DNA of 64,000 nucleotides from an uncultured Planctomycetia bacterium (GTDB lineage Bacteria; Omnitrophota; Gorgyraeia; Duberdicusellales; 4484-171): NCBI GenBank assembly GCA_964483625.1, contig CAZABB010000005.1, positions 15,571 to 79,570 of the forward strand, read 5' to 3'. Shown piece by piece: positions 10,076 to 19,348 of this stretch (position 1 is its first letter; each line of letters starts with the position of its first letter). The notes under the pieces were generated by a model. It saw only the letters and a program-made list of their open reading frames with translations, ran no database searches and was not told where the DNA came from. The position numbers and the translations under genes were made by a program.

Positions 10076-11330
10076 TACCTTCGGATTTAAAGCAGGCAAT
10101 GCGTGCATTGCCTGCTTTCTTTTTTTAGGAGGACTTTTTTCTTCAGAGGCCCCTCCCGTCCGCATTAAAAAGAATTCTCAGGGTGGATATGTTCTGTATG
10201 TCCGAAACCGGCCTTTTCTGGTGAAGGGAGTGGTGTATAATCCTACCCCGGTCTGTAAAGGATATGATTACAGTTTCTTTTCCGATCCGGCGAAACCCTG
10301 GCTTACCGACGGAAAACTTATGAAAAAAATGGGAGTCAACGCGGTACGTATTTATTCGGTACCGGTTGATGAGCTGGATGAGGTGAAGGAATTTATCACC
10401 GATATGTATGAAAAATTCGGAATATACACGATCGTCAGCGATTGGCTGGGATTATGGAACGCGTCCGGCCCCAATTACGGCGACGCTCAATTGCGTGCGG
10501 ACATAAAAGAACGGGTTCTTCATATCGTGGCAGAATTAAAAGATACTCCCGGGGTACTGATGTGGGTTCTCGGCAATGAGAACAATTATACGTTTTCCGG
10601 CAAGATCGGGTTCTGGACGACGAAGGAAATCGAGGCGCTGCCTACCCCTTACGAGCGGGTAGTAAGGAGAGCGGAGATCTATTACTCGCTGGCCAATGAT
10701 ATCGCGCTTGCGATTAAAGAGATAGACCCCGACCATCCCGTCGCTCTGGGAAACGGAGAAATCAGTATGTTGGATATCGCGGTGGAATTCTGTCCCGACA
10801 TCGATGTCCTGGCGATCCTTTCCTATCGCGGTAAACGGTTCGGGAATTTATTCGAGAATATACGCTATACCTTTGACCGGCCGATCATGTTGGCGGAGTT
10901 CGGGTGTGATTCCTACGATTCTTTGAATAACGTCGTGGCTGAAGATATTCAGGCTGAATATCTTCAGTTGCAGTGGCGGGATATTGTTTCCAACACGGTT
11001 GTAAGCGGGAATAAACAGGGAAATTGTCTGGGGGGTGTGGTCTTTGAATGGACGGATGAATGGTGGAAACACAACGAAGGGTATGCTGAAGGCTGGTGTC
11101 ATCATAATACGGAAGCCGGCTGGTCCGAAGGCGCCTATTATTTCGATATCCGGGCTCCCAATAATATGAATATGAGCGAAGAATGGTTCGGTATTGTAGG
11201 GATTGCCCGTCCCGACGAAAATCAGCAGATCCCCCGTATTCCCCGCCAGGCATATACGGCGCTCAAAAAACTCTGGCATATGAATCCCCGGGCGCTCATG
11301 AAGGAAAAAAACCCTTCCCGTTCCCGATAG
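10065..11330 (+). CDS. secreted glycoside hydrolase, clan GH-A TIM barrel, paralogue of the 6368 gene
   Basis: Signal peptide. WVLGNENN (acid/base) and LAEFGCDSY (nucleophile) motifs. FEWTDEWWK block identical in position to the paralogue. TIM-barrel-only architecture. Confidence 0.7.
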   Translation: MKNSTFGFKAGNACIACFLFLGGLFSSEAPPVRIKKNSQGGYVLYVRNRPFLVKGVVYNPTPVCKGYDYSFFSDPAKPWLTDGKLMKKMGVNAVRIYSVPVDELDEVKEFITDMYEKFGIYTIVSDWLGLWNASGPNYGDAQLRADIKERVLHIVAELKDTPGVLMWVLGNENNYTFSGKIGFWTTKEIEALPTPYERVVRRAEIYYSLANDIALAIKEIDPDHPVALGNGEISMLDIAVEFCPDIDVLAILSYRGKRFGNLFENIRYTFDRPIMLAEFGCDSYDSLNNVVAEDIQAEYLQLQWRDIVSNTVVSGNKQGNCLGGVVFEWTDEWWKHNEGYAEGWCHHNTEAGWSEGAYYFDIRAPNNMNMSEEWFGIVGIARPDENQQIPRIPRQAYTALKKLWHMNPRALMKEKNPSRSR

Positions 11331-11441
11331 TCCCTCTCGGTATAAAAAAATATTCTCGGACAGTTACGGCTATGATAAGATAGAAATACCTCAAGGCAAT
11401 CGCCGCCGGTGTTATGGTATGGATAGGCAGAAGGAGGATGT

Positions 11442-12056
11442 ATGGATGGTAGAATAATATTATGTATCTTAAGTATTCTTGTTCTTGCGGGCGGATGTAT
11501 GTCTCAGCCGGAAGATCTGCTGGTTGACGATTTTGAAGGAGAGATCAGCGCCGTTACGGTCGATTACGGAACGGGAGAAGGCTCCGGGGTGACCGTCGCG
11601 GCGGAATCCGAGGTCGTCCGGTGCGGAGATCAGTCATTGAAGATAACCTACAACCTGAGGCCTTCCGGATATATGTGGATCGCCCGGGGTTTTGGTTTAG
11701 ACGTCTCCGGTGCGGCCGCCTGGACAGTTTCGCCGGAAAATATCCCCTGGCGGGACTATAACGCGGTGAGCATTTTCATGTATGGGCAGAAAACGGGATC
11801 GGTTGTCGCGTTTGACGTGAAAGATTCCGGCGGCGAATACTGGCGATTCCTCCTGACGGATGATTTTACCGGCTGGAAGGAAATGGTTTGTCCTTTCGCG
11901 CATTTCTTCGTGCGTAACGACTGGCAGCCCGAAGATGCCGAAGTGAACGAAAGGATGGACTTCCCCATTATGAGTTTTCAATTTGAACCGCGCCTGCCCG
12001 GTAAAGGAGTATATTATTTTGATTGTGTGAAGGCAGTAAAAAGAAATATTCAATAG
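11442..12056 (+). CDS. lipoprotein with a single copy of the same beta-sandwich (CBM-like) domain
   Basis: Lipobox LAGGC. LKITYN / GWKEM / YYFD blocks align with LKISYS / EWEEY / YLDD in the 8915 repeats. Confidence 0.6.
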   Translation: MDGRIILCILSILVLAGGCMSQPEDLLVDDFEGEISAVTVDYGTGEGSGVTVAAESEVVRCGDQSLKITYNLRPSGYMWIARGFGLDVSGAAAWTVSPENIPWRDYNAVSIFMYGQKTGSVVAFDVKDSGGEYWRFLLTDDFTGWKEMVCPFAHFFVRNDWQPEDAEVNERMDFPIMSFQFEPRLPGKGVYYFDCVKAVKRNIQ

Positions 12057-12154
12057 ACATACGGAAATATCATTGAAATACAATTAGAATATATTCGCTT
12101 CGGCTCATGGATGGAATATGATGGAAGTACGATTGTATTTTAAAGGAGCAACGT

Positions 12155-13186
12155 ATGGGAAAAAAAAGAATAGATCTAAGCAGGATTCCTGAGGACGAAC
12201 TCCTGTCTCTTAAAATCAGCGAACTGCCGATTCAGCTTGAAGGGACCTGGGTTGAGGATTGTGTCGGCCAGCTCTATCATGAACTAAATGAGAAAGGAAT
12301 TGAGTTTAAACCTCCCTGCTATCTGGCTGATGAGTGGCTGACTCCCGACGGAGAACCGATCATCGGGGTCCCGTTTTATTTAGCTCATCCGGCTTTGATC
12401 CGTCTGGAGAAAAAAATGATCCTGGAAGCCGAAGGCGCCACGAAACAGTGGTGCATGAAGCTCCTGAGGCATGAGACCGGTCATGCGATAAATTACGCCT
12501 ATAAGCTGTACCGGAGAAAAAAATGGCATAAGATATTCGGGCCGTTTTCCAAAGAATATGAAGATACCTACCGGTTTCGTCCTTACAGTAAAAGTTTTGT
12601 CAGGCACCTGGAAGATTACTACGCTCAATACCATCCCGATGAAGATTTTGCCGAGACATTCGCCGTATGGCTTACGCCCGGTCTTGACTGGCGTAAACAG
12701 TATAAGGGATGGAAGGCGATCGATAAGCTTTATTATGTGGAAGAACTTATGAAGGGCATAAAAGACAGACCGCCCCTTGTGCCCCGCGGGAAAAAATACT
12801 GGGAAGCGGCGAGAATGCGCATTACCTTGAAAAACTTCTATAAGAAGAAACGTCTTTCTTACGAAGAAAAATTCCCCGATTTTCACGACGCTAATTTAAA
12901 AAAAATATTTCCCGAATCCGCGGACCGGGAGGAAAGAAAAAATCCTGTGTATGCGGCCGATGTGATCAGAAAATATAAAAAAGAGATCCGTACCAGCATT
13001 TCTATCTGGACGGGAGAGAAAAAGTATATCATAGACGACCTTCTCAACACGATTATCGAACGCTGTCGTCAACTTCGTCTTTTTGCCGCCGAGGCGGAGG
13101 CGTTGACCATTCTGAATATAGCCAGTTATATTACGGCTTTGATTATGAATTACCGGTATACCGGAAATTTCCGAGGTGACCAATGA
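12155..13186 (+). CDS. putative zinc metallopeptidase-like protein (HExxH)
   Basis: HETGH motif (HExxH) followed by a conserved acidic DEDFAETFA block. RBS AAAGGAG. 3' end overlaps the next gene (ATGA). Confidence 0.5.
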   Translation: MGKKRIDLSRIPEDELLSLKISELPIQLEGTWVEDCVGQLYHELNEKGIEFKPPCYLADEWLTPDGEPIIGVPFYLAHPALIRLEKKMILEAEGATKQWCMKLLRHETGHAINYAYKLYRRKKWHKIFGPFSKEYEDTYRFRPYSKSFVRHLEDYYAQYHPDEDFAETFAVWLTPGLDWRKQYKGWKAIDKLYYVEELMKGIKDRPPLVPRGKKYWEAARMRITLKNFYKKKRLSYEEKFPDFHDANLKKIFPESADREERKNPVYAADVIRKYKKEIRTSISIWTGEKKYIIDDLLNTIIERCRQLRLFAAEAEALTILNIASYITALIMNYRYTGNFRGDQ

Positions 13187-14208
13187 GGAAAAAACTGAAA
13201 GTCCTTCTTCTCTTTGATGTGCCGTACCCGACACAGCGAGGCTATGAGTTTAAAGACGAATTCTTTAAGGATTTTGACTGGGACACCGAAGCCTACGCGT
13301 ATAAAGCTTTAAAATCGCTGGGTTATGAGGTGACTCCGCTTGGGCTTTACAATGATATCGCTCCGCTTTTGGAAGAAGTCAAAGAAAACCGTCCTGATGT
13401 AATTTTTAATCTGGTAGAGGTATTTGACCAGAAATCACACCTGGATAAGAATGTGGTTTCTCTCCTGGAGTTAATAGGGATTCCGTTCACGGGGGCATCT
13501 TCGGGCACGCTGTTTGTCTGTAACGACAAGGCGCTCAGTAAGAAGATTTTAAGTTATCATCGTATCCGGGTGCCGCGGTTTTATACTTTCTATCGCAACC
13601 ATAAAATATGGCTGCCCAAACGGCTTCGTCTTCCTCTGATTGTGAAACCTTTATGCGAGGAGGCATCGCGGGGAATTTCTCTGGCTTCGGTGGTTGATTC
13701 GGAAAACAGTCTCATTGAACGGGTCAAATTTATTCATGAGAACATGAATATGGATGCGATTGCCGAGGAATACATATCCGGGAGAGAACTTTATGTGAGT
13801 ATGTTGGGGCACAAACGCATCAGAATCCTGCCGCTGCGGGAGATGAAGTTCGGGAATATTCCCGATGATGAACCCCAGGTCGCGACCTACAAAGCGAAGT
13901 GGGACTATGATTACCGCAAACGCTGGGGTATAAAGAATGTGTTCGCCGGTAAGCTGCCCCAGGGGTTGGAAAAAGGGATTACCGATGTTTTTAAACGAGC
14001 CTATCGGGTATTAAATATGGGAGGGTATGCCCGTTTCGATATCCGCGTCACCGATGACGCCCGCATCTACATCCTTGAAGCGAACGCCAATCCCTGCCTG
14101 GATAAAGACGATGAATTTGCCGAAGCGGCAAAAAAGGGAGGGATGCCTTATCCCAAACTACTCCAGAAGATCATTTCCTACGCCTTCCAGCGACAACCTT
14201 CCGTATAA
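13183..14208 (+). CDS. ATP-grasp enzyme, D-alanine--D-alanine ligase-like
   Basis: Ddl-like N-terminal and central ATP-grasp regions. 341 aa. Translationally coupled to the upstream HExxH gene. Confidence 0.6.
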   Translation: MRKKLKVLLLFDVPYPTQRGYEFKDEFFKDFDWDTEAYAYKALKSLGYEVTPLGLYNDIAPLLEEVKENRPDVIFNLVEVFDQKSHLDKNVVSLLELIGIPFTGASSGTLFVCNDKALSKKILSYHRIRVPRFYTFYRNHKIWLPKRLRLPLIVKPLCEEASRGISLASVVDSENSLIERVKFIHENMNMDAIAEEYISGRELYVSMLGHKRIRILPLREMKFGNIPDDEPQVATYKAKWDYDYRKRWGIKNVFAGKLPQGLEKGITDVFKRAYRVLNMGGYARFDIRVTDDARIYILEANANPCLDKDDEFAEAAKKGGMPYPKLLQKIISYAFQRQPSV

Positions 14209-14418
14209 TCAGTCTACAGTTGATAGCCTATAGTCTAGGGTGTTCTCCTCGAGTTTTTGCGGGATACTAAAAGACCGTAGACCGTCGACTATCGACTCTG
14301 CCAGCTGGAGATTGTTTTTTTTCTCATCTGCCCTTGATTTCAGGGGTGAATATATGGCATATATTGTGTAGGAACCCGGATATATTGACAATTTAAGGAC
14401 TGGTAAATATCCTATTTA

Positions 14419-14612
14419 CGATTACGGTGATTAGGTTAGGATTACAACGATTGAGAACATTAACTCTTTTAATCACGGCAATCATTCTTTAATCATTGAA
14501 ATCAGGCGCTGATATTTTTTGTATCAGTGCCTATAAGTGAAAAAGGCAAACCCGCTGAAAAGCGGGGACGTCCCGTAAGGGACCCAGAACCATACTATGT
14601 ATTGGTTCTGGG
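14419..14612 (+). promoter_or_regulatory. structured 5' leader: four copies of a GATTnC..YGATT 14-mer in dyad arrangement, then three consecutive hairpins (two with GNRA loops) ending at the RBS. Candidate riboswitch / regulatory RNA
   Basis: Read directly. GGCAAACCCGCUGAAAAGCGGGGACG resembles the 5' half of a c-di-GMP-I (GEMM) aptamer. A 10-bp perfect stem CCCAGAACCA/UGGUUCUGGG follows. AAGGAGG RBS at 14628. Confidence 0.3.
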
Positions 14613-14641
14613 CAAAGCCCTGGACCTAAAGGAGGAATCCT

Positions 14642-15121
14642 ATGGTAGCCCGGTTGCCACTTGTACGTATCAAATTGGTGCCCATCTTGTCTCGACAAAA
14701 GATGGGTTTTTTCTTTGCCTGCCGTCTCATAGGGATTTGTCTCTGTATCGCTTCTGTTACGCCCGGCGTATTGTGGTCTGATACCGCCATCACGATCAAC
14801 CAGAGTCATGTTCAGGAAGGGGTTGCTTCCTGGTATTCTGAAACAGATCCCGGCATCCTTCCTACCACGGCGAACATGGAAATCTTTGACGATTCACAGC
14901 TCACCTGCGCGATGTGGGATGTTCCGTTCAATACGGTTTTAGAGGTAACCAACCTGGCAAACGGAAAGTCGGTTCTTGTCCGCGTCAATGATCGCGGCCC
15001 GGCGCGGCGTCTGGTCAGTCAGGGGAGAATCGTTGATTTGACCAAGACGGCCTTCTCCCGTATTGCCGATCTCGATCAGGGGCTGATTCCGGTGAAGGTT
15101 GCGGTTATCACCCGGAAGTAG
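14642..15121 (+). CDS. RlpA-like double-psi beta-barrel domain protein (secreted)
   Basis: Strong RBS. Hydrophobic signal region. DPBB block (ASWY...VLVRVNDRGP...RIVDLTKTAF). Confidence 0.6.
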   Translation: MVARLPLVRIKLVPILSRQKMGFFFACRLIGICLCIASVTPGVLWSDTAITINQSHVQEGVASWYSETDPGILPTTANMEIFDDSQLTCAMWDVPFNTVLEVTNLANGKSVLVRVNDRGPARRLVSQGRIVDLTKTAFSRIADLDQGLIPVKVAVITRK

Positions 15122-15238
15122 TCCCTACCCCGTCACTAAAAAAAGACTTGAAAAAATGGGCCTGTCGGATTAGTCTATTATATATAAAGCAAGAGAATAA
15201 ACGGCTTCGGTTGACGAAAGAAACAGTTTAAACACACG

Positions 15239-16057
15239 ATGGTTCTTGACTACACTCATAAAGACGCGCTTACCGGATTTTATCGCCGGGAAGCGTTAAT
15301 TCCCTTTTTGGAAGAAACCCTGCAGAAAGCTCAGTCCGAACAGATGACCGCTTCTCTGGCGATCATCGATTTAGATCATTTCAAAAAATTCAATGACCGC
15401 TACGGCCATCAATTTGGCGACGAAGTGCTGAAACATCTGGCCAATGTGTTGAGGTTTACTATTGAGGATAAAGGGGCGATTTTCCGTTACGGCGGCGATG
15501 AATTTGTCGTCGCTCTTCCCACCAGCGGAGCGAAGGAAGCGTTTAAGCTTGCCTTGCGTTGCCTCTATAACATTGATCATAGTCCGTTTATCTATCAGGG
15601 GAAACTGTTTAAATTAAGCATGAGCTGCGGAGTCGCTACCTATCCTCTGGACGCGATGACGGTGGATACCCTTTTCCGCCGGGCCGATGAGGCGTTGTAT
15701 TATTCCAAGCGGCACGGGCGAAGCATGGTAACCTCAGCCAATAAAATGAAGCATCTCAAGTTTCTGTCTTCGCTTAAGGTTATGGTAGGGATATTACTGG
15801 TGGGAGGGCTGCTGTATGGAGCATACCGTTTTATGCCGCAGGAGGTGATTGATGATCTCACCGCCCGGTTTAAGAAGATTACCATTAAAGTCGAAGAAGA
15901 AGACGGCCTGGCGACGATTGTGTTGAAAAGCGGCCGGACGATGAAAGGGAAAATCTTACAGGAATTCGATGACCGGATTGTTGTAAGTCTTGATTTTGGT
16001 AAAGGTGAAGGAAGAGTGACTCTTAAGAAGTCTGATATTGGAAAGATCCGGTATTAG
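15239..16057 (+). CDS. GGDEF-domain diguanylate cyclase with C-terminal TM segment
   Basis: RYGGDEF active-site motif. DxLTG upstream. Confidence 0.75.
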   Translation: MVLDYTHKDALTGFYRREALIPFLEETLQKAQSEQMTASLAIIDLDHFKKFNDRYGHQFGDEVLKHLANVLRFTIEDKGAIFRYGGDEFVVALPTSGAKEAFKLALRCLYNIDHSPFIYQGKLFKLSMSCGVATYPLDAMTVDTLFRRADEALYYSKRHGRSMVTSANKMKHLKFLSSLKVMVGILLVGGLLYGAYRFMPQEVIDDLTARFKKITIKVEEEDGLATIVLKSGRTMKGKILQEFDDRIVVSLDFGKGEGRVTLKKSDIGKIRY

Positions 16058-16129
16058 GACCATATTCCCTCCCCGGTATAATTGATTTTCCTTATTGAGA
16101 ACGGGTATTGATGGAATCGGCAGATATAT

Positions 16130-18041
16130 GATTATCATTCAGGGTATATCCAAACAATTTTCCGGAACATATCTTTTTCAGGATGTAAGCGTGACGATCA
16201 ATCGCGGCGAAAAGATCGGTCTTATCGGGCCTAACGGCGCGGGGAAGTCGACATTGTTTAAAATGATCCTGGGAAGCGAAGAGGTTTCTTCCGGCTCCGT
16301 CACCGTTACCCGCGGAACCCGCATTGGCTATCTCCCCCAGGAAAAACATTTTCATTCCGACCGTACGGTTTTAGGTGAATTGATGCGGGCGGATAAAAAT
16401 ATCGTACGTTTATGTCAGGAACGAGATCTTCTGGAAAAGGAAAACCGTACCGCGTCCCGGCGGTACAGTGAGGTTATTTCTGAGTTGGAACATCTGAGGT
16501 ATTTTGAATTGCAGCATAAGGCGGAAAAGATTTTATCCGGCCTGGGATTTGCCGAGAAGGAATTTCACCGGTCGATTGCCAACTTAAGCGGCGGATGGCA
16601 AATGCGTGTCCTTCTGGCAAAATTACTTGCCGGCACCTATGATATCCTTCTTCTGGATGAGCCGACAAATTATCTCGATCTTGACGCGACGTTATGGTTT
16701 AAGGAGTACTTATCGGCAAGCGACAGCACCTTCGTCATGATTTCTCACGACCGGGCGTTCCTTGATGAGGTAGCGAATTCTACGCTGGTCCTTGAGCACG
16801 GGTCTTTGGAGAAAATGGCCGGGAATTACGAACATTACCGCCGGATAAAACGGCAGCAACGTGAGCATCTTTTGAAACAGGCCCGAGAGCAGCAGAAGAA
16901 ACGTCAGCAGCTTGAGAGATTTGTCTCCCGGTTCCACGCTCAGCCCAATAAAGCGGCTCAGGTGCGGGCGAAAAAGCGCGTTCTGGAAAAAATGGAACCG
17001 GTTGAGGTGCCTTTGGACAGGACCGAAAGCATCCGTGGTTTTCATTTTCCTCAAACGACAACAAGCGGGTATCGAGTTGTCAAACTCGAGAAGATCGATA
17101 AGACCTACGGGCCGATTCAGGTGTACAAGGATTTCGATTTCGAGATTACCCGGGGAGAGAAAGCCGTGCTTACCGGCCCCAATGGCGCCGGGAAATCTAC
17201 GTTATTGAAAATTCTGGCCGGAGTGGTCGACTATGACAAGGGAACCCGTGCGATCGGCCATAAGGTCGAGGTGGGCTATTTCTCCCAAACCCGCATGGAT
17301 ATTTTACATCCCGACAACACGGTGCTTGAGGAAGCTTTCTGTGTGGCGCCGGGAGATATGCGTACCGAAACCGTGCGTACGATATTGGGAACGTTTTTAT
17401 TTACCGGAGATGATGTGGAAAAAAAAGTCAAAATTCTCTCCGGGGGAGAGAAGTCAAGGCTTAACCTGGCCAAGCTTCTGATTCAGCCGCCTAATTTTTT
17501 ACTCTTGGATGAGCCGACGACTCATTTGGATGTCGACGCGGTCGACGCTCTGATCTCCGCATTGAATGCGTATGAGGGGACACTGGTATTCATAAGTCAC
17601 GATGTGCACTTTGTCCGTTCGGTTGCCAATGCCGTGTATGACGTTTCAGATGGGAAGGTACGTAAATACCCCGGGAAGTTCGACTATTACCTGCAAAAGA
17701 AGGGAACAAACGCGCTGGAGTCTCATCCCGCTGTCGCAGAACACTCCTTTCGGCCCGTGAGCCGTAAAGAAGAAAAGAAAAAGGAACGGCTGCGCAAAAA
17801 AGAAAAGGAAAAAAAAGTCAAGAACCATAATGCCGAGATTTCCCGGAAGATAAAAAGTTTACGTAAGAGCAAAGAAAAACTGGAAATAGATTCGGCCGCG
17901 AAACAGCGTATTCTTTCCAATCCCACCCATGACGACGCGGTCAAAAAAGAGTATCAGAAAAAAATCGACAAGCTTCAGGCAAAAATAGTCAAAGTAGACG
18001 CTCAAATCGAGAAGTTAAAAAACCAATTCCGCGACACATAG
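16130..18041 (+). CDS. ABC-F family ATPase (two ABC domains, no TM; Uup/EttA-like) with Lys-rich C-terminal coiled coil
   Basis: Two Walker A motifs (GPNGAGKST x2), two LSGG signatures, inter-domain linker. Start taken at MIIIQGISKQF. Confidence 0.8.
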
Positions 18042-18070
18042 CGGTTCACGCGTTTACCCGTTCTGGCGTT

Positions 18071-18098
18071 ATCCCGCCTCCGGCGGGATTTCCCGTTC
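18071..18098 (+). terminator. probable intrinsic terminator after the ABC-F gene
   Basis: 8-bp GC stem ATCCCGCC/GGCGGGAT with a 3-nt loop, followed by a T-rich tract (TTTCCCGTT). The U-tract is imperfect. Confidence 0.35.
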
Positions 18099-18170
18099 AA
18101 AAGGAACGGACATACGGGAAAACGGGCGAACGGGATAACCTGATTTTCTCTATTTATTATTCATAAAACA

Positions 18171-18198
18171 TTGACTTCTCCGGATGTTCTATTATAAT
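18171..18198 (+). promoter_or_regulatory. sigma70-type promoter TTGACT, 16 nt, TATAAT
   Basis: Read directly. Precedes the AAAGGAG RBS of the 18231 ORF. Confidence 0.55.
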
Positions 18199-18230
18199 TA
18201 TATATTCCCTCCCGTGAGAAAGGAGAAGTC

Positions 18231-18434
18231 ATGGATACATCGTACCAGTACTTAAAAGACCCACGCGTTCTCGATGAGATACGCCGGCATAAATGGATTG
18301 AAAGCGAAAAAGTGAATTCGGAAATCGGTTTTGCCACCGCGGCCGTCGAATGGATTACCAGATACGGGCCGCAATGGAAAGCGCACCATGGTTCCCGCGA
18401 GTTTTATGATTCCTCATCCTCGGAGATTGCCTGA
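18231..18434 (+). CDS. small hypothetical protein (67 aa)
   Basis: Consensus promoter and strong RBS. No TM segment. Confidence 0.5.
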   Translation: MDTSYQYLKDPRVLDEIRRHKWIESEKVNSEIGFATAAVEWITRYGPQWKAHHGSREFYDSSSSEIA

Positions 18435-18521
18435 AAAAGAAAGTTGACTCGGGATTGTATCCCCTTGCCCCTTGTCAATATCGTTCATTCGCGTTAAGAT
18501 ACCCTTCATACATATAAAACC

Positions 18522-19262
18522 ATGAAACAAGGAAAGGATATACATCGTCCGCTGTACTTGTACGGATACAATTCCGTGGCAGAAAGGCTTCGCGCGGCAC
18601 CGGAAAGCATCCGCCGTATCTATCTGCCGCGCAATGCCGGCAAACCCAGACTGAATAAAGAAATCGAACGGCTGAATATTCCTCGTACCGTCTGTGCGGC
18701 GCATACCCTGGCCCGGATGGTTTCATCGCCGCGCCGGATCGATATCATCGCCGAGGTCGAACCTTACCGTTACGTCTCAGCCGACGATATCTTGGATGAT
18801 CCGGCTCATCCGGTAATACTTTTTCTCGATGATATCCAGGATCCGGTGAACCTGGGAGCTATCCTGCGTATCTGCGCGTGTCTGGGCGGGTTTTCACTCT
18901 GTATCCCCAAGCACGGTGCTGCTTCGGTATCGGAAACCGTATTGCATATTGCCCAAGGCGCGGAAAATTACGTGAGGGTAAGCCGGGGGAATATCGCCGC
19001 GATTATCCGTCAGGCTAAAGATGCCGGGTACTGGATTGGAGGAGCCGTCCCCGGTGCGGGAGGACATATCGGGGAGAAAAAGATCGCTTTCCCTTTCGGG
19101 TTGGTACTGGGTGCCGAAGGGAAAGGAATTCGTCCCGGGGTAGAAAAACTCCTTGATTTCACAATCAGTATTCCCATGGCCGGAGTTCCGTTATCGTTAA
19201 ACGTAGCGATGGCGGCGGCGATGTTCTGTTATGAAATTAATAAACAGAGAAACAGTCGATAG
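18522..19262 (+). CDS. rlmB: SpoU/TrmH-family RNA 2'-O-methyltransferase (RlmB-like)
   Basis: N-terminal substrate-binding region plus SPOUT knot motifs (LDDIQDPVNLGAILR, GAEGKGI, IPMAGVPLSLNVAMAAA). Confidence 0.75.
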   Translation: MKQGKDIHRPLYLYGYNSVAERLRAAPESIRRIYLPRNAGKPRLNKEIERLNIPRTVCAAHTLARMVSSPRRIDIIAEVEPYRYVSADDILDDPAHPVILFLDDIQDPVNLGAILRICACLGGFSLCIPKHGAASVSETVLHIAQGAENYVRVSRGNIAAIIRQAKDAGYWIGGAVPGAGGHIGEKKIAFPFGLVLGAEGKGIRPGVEKLLDFTISIPMAGVPLSLNVAMAAAMFCYEINKQRNSR

Positions 19263-19348
19263 TCTATGGTCTTCAGTCTCTGGTTAAGATATGAAGAAGA
19301 TATCCTATACCGGATACTATAGACCATAGACTATAAACTTAATGTAAT

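Noticed and set aside
14293-14330. Intrinsic terminator after the ATP-grasp gene
   Set aside because: A T8 run is present but the preceding CCAGCTGG palindrome cannot form a stable stem-loop. Left unannotated.
14209-14640. tRNA, tmRNA, RNase P or SRP RNA in the large intergenic region
   Set aside because: No T-loop GTTCGAATC-type motif, no tmRNA tag frame, and no RNase P or SRP conserved blocks were seen by eye.
14209-15240. Dispersed TAGTCTA/TAGACTA cores as a repeat family
   Set aside because: About four occurrences of a 7-mer in this window is within chance expectation (~8 expected in 64 kb on both strands).
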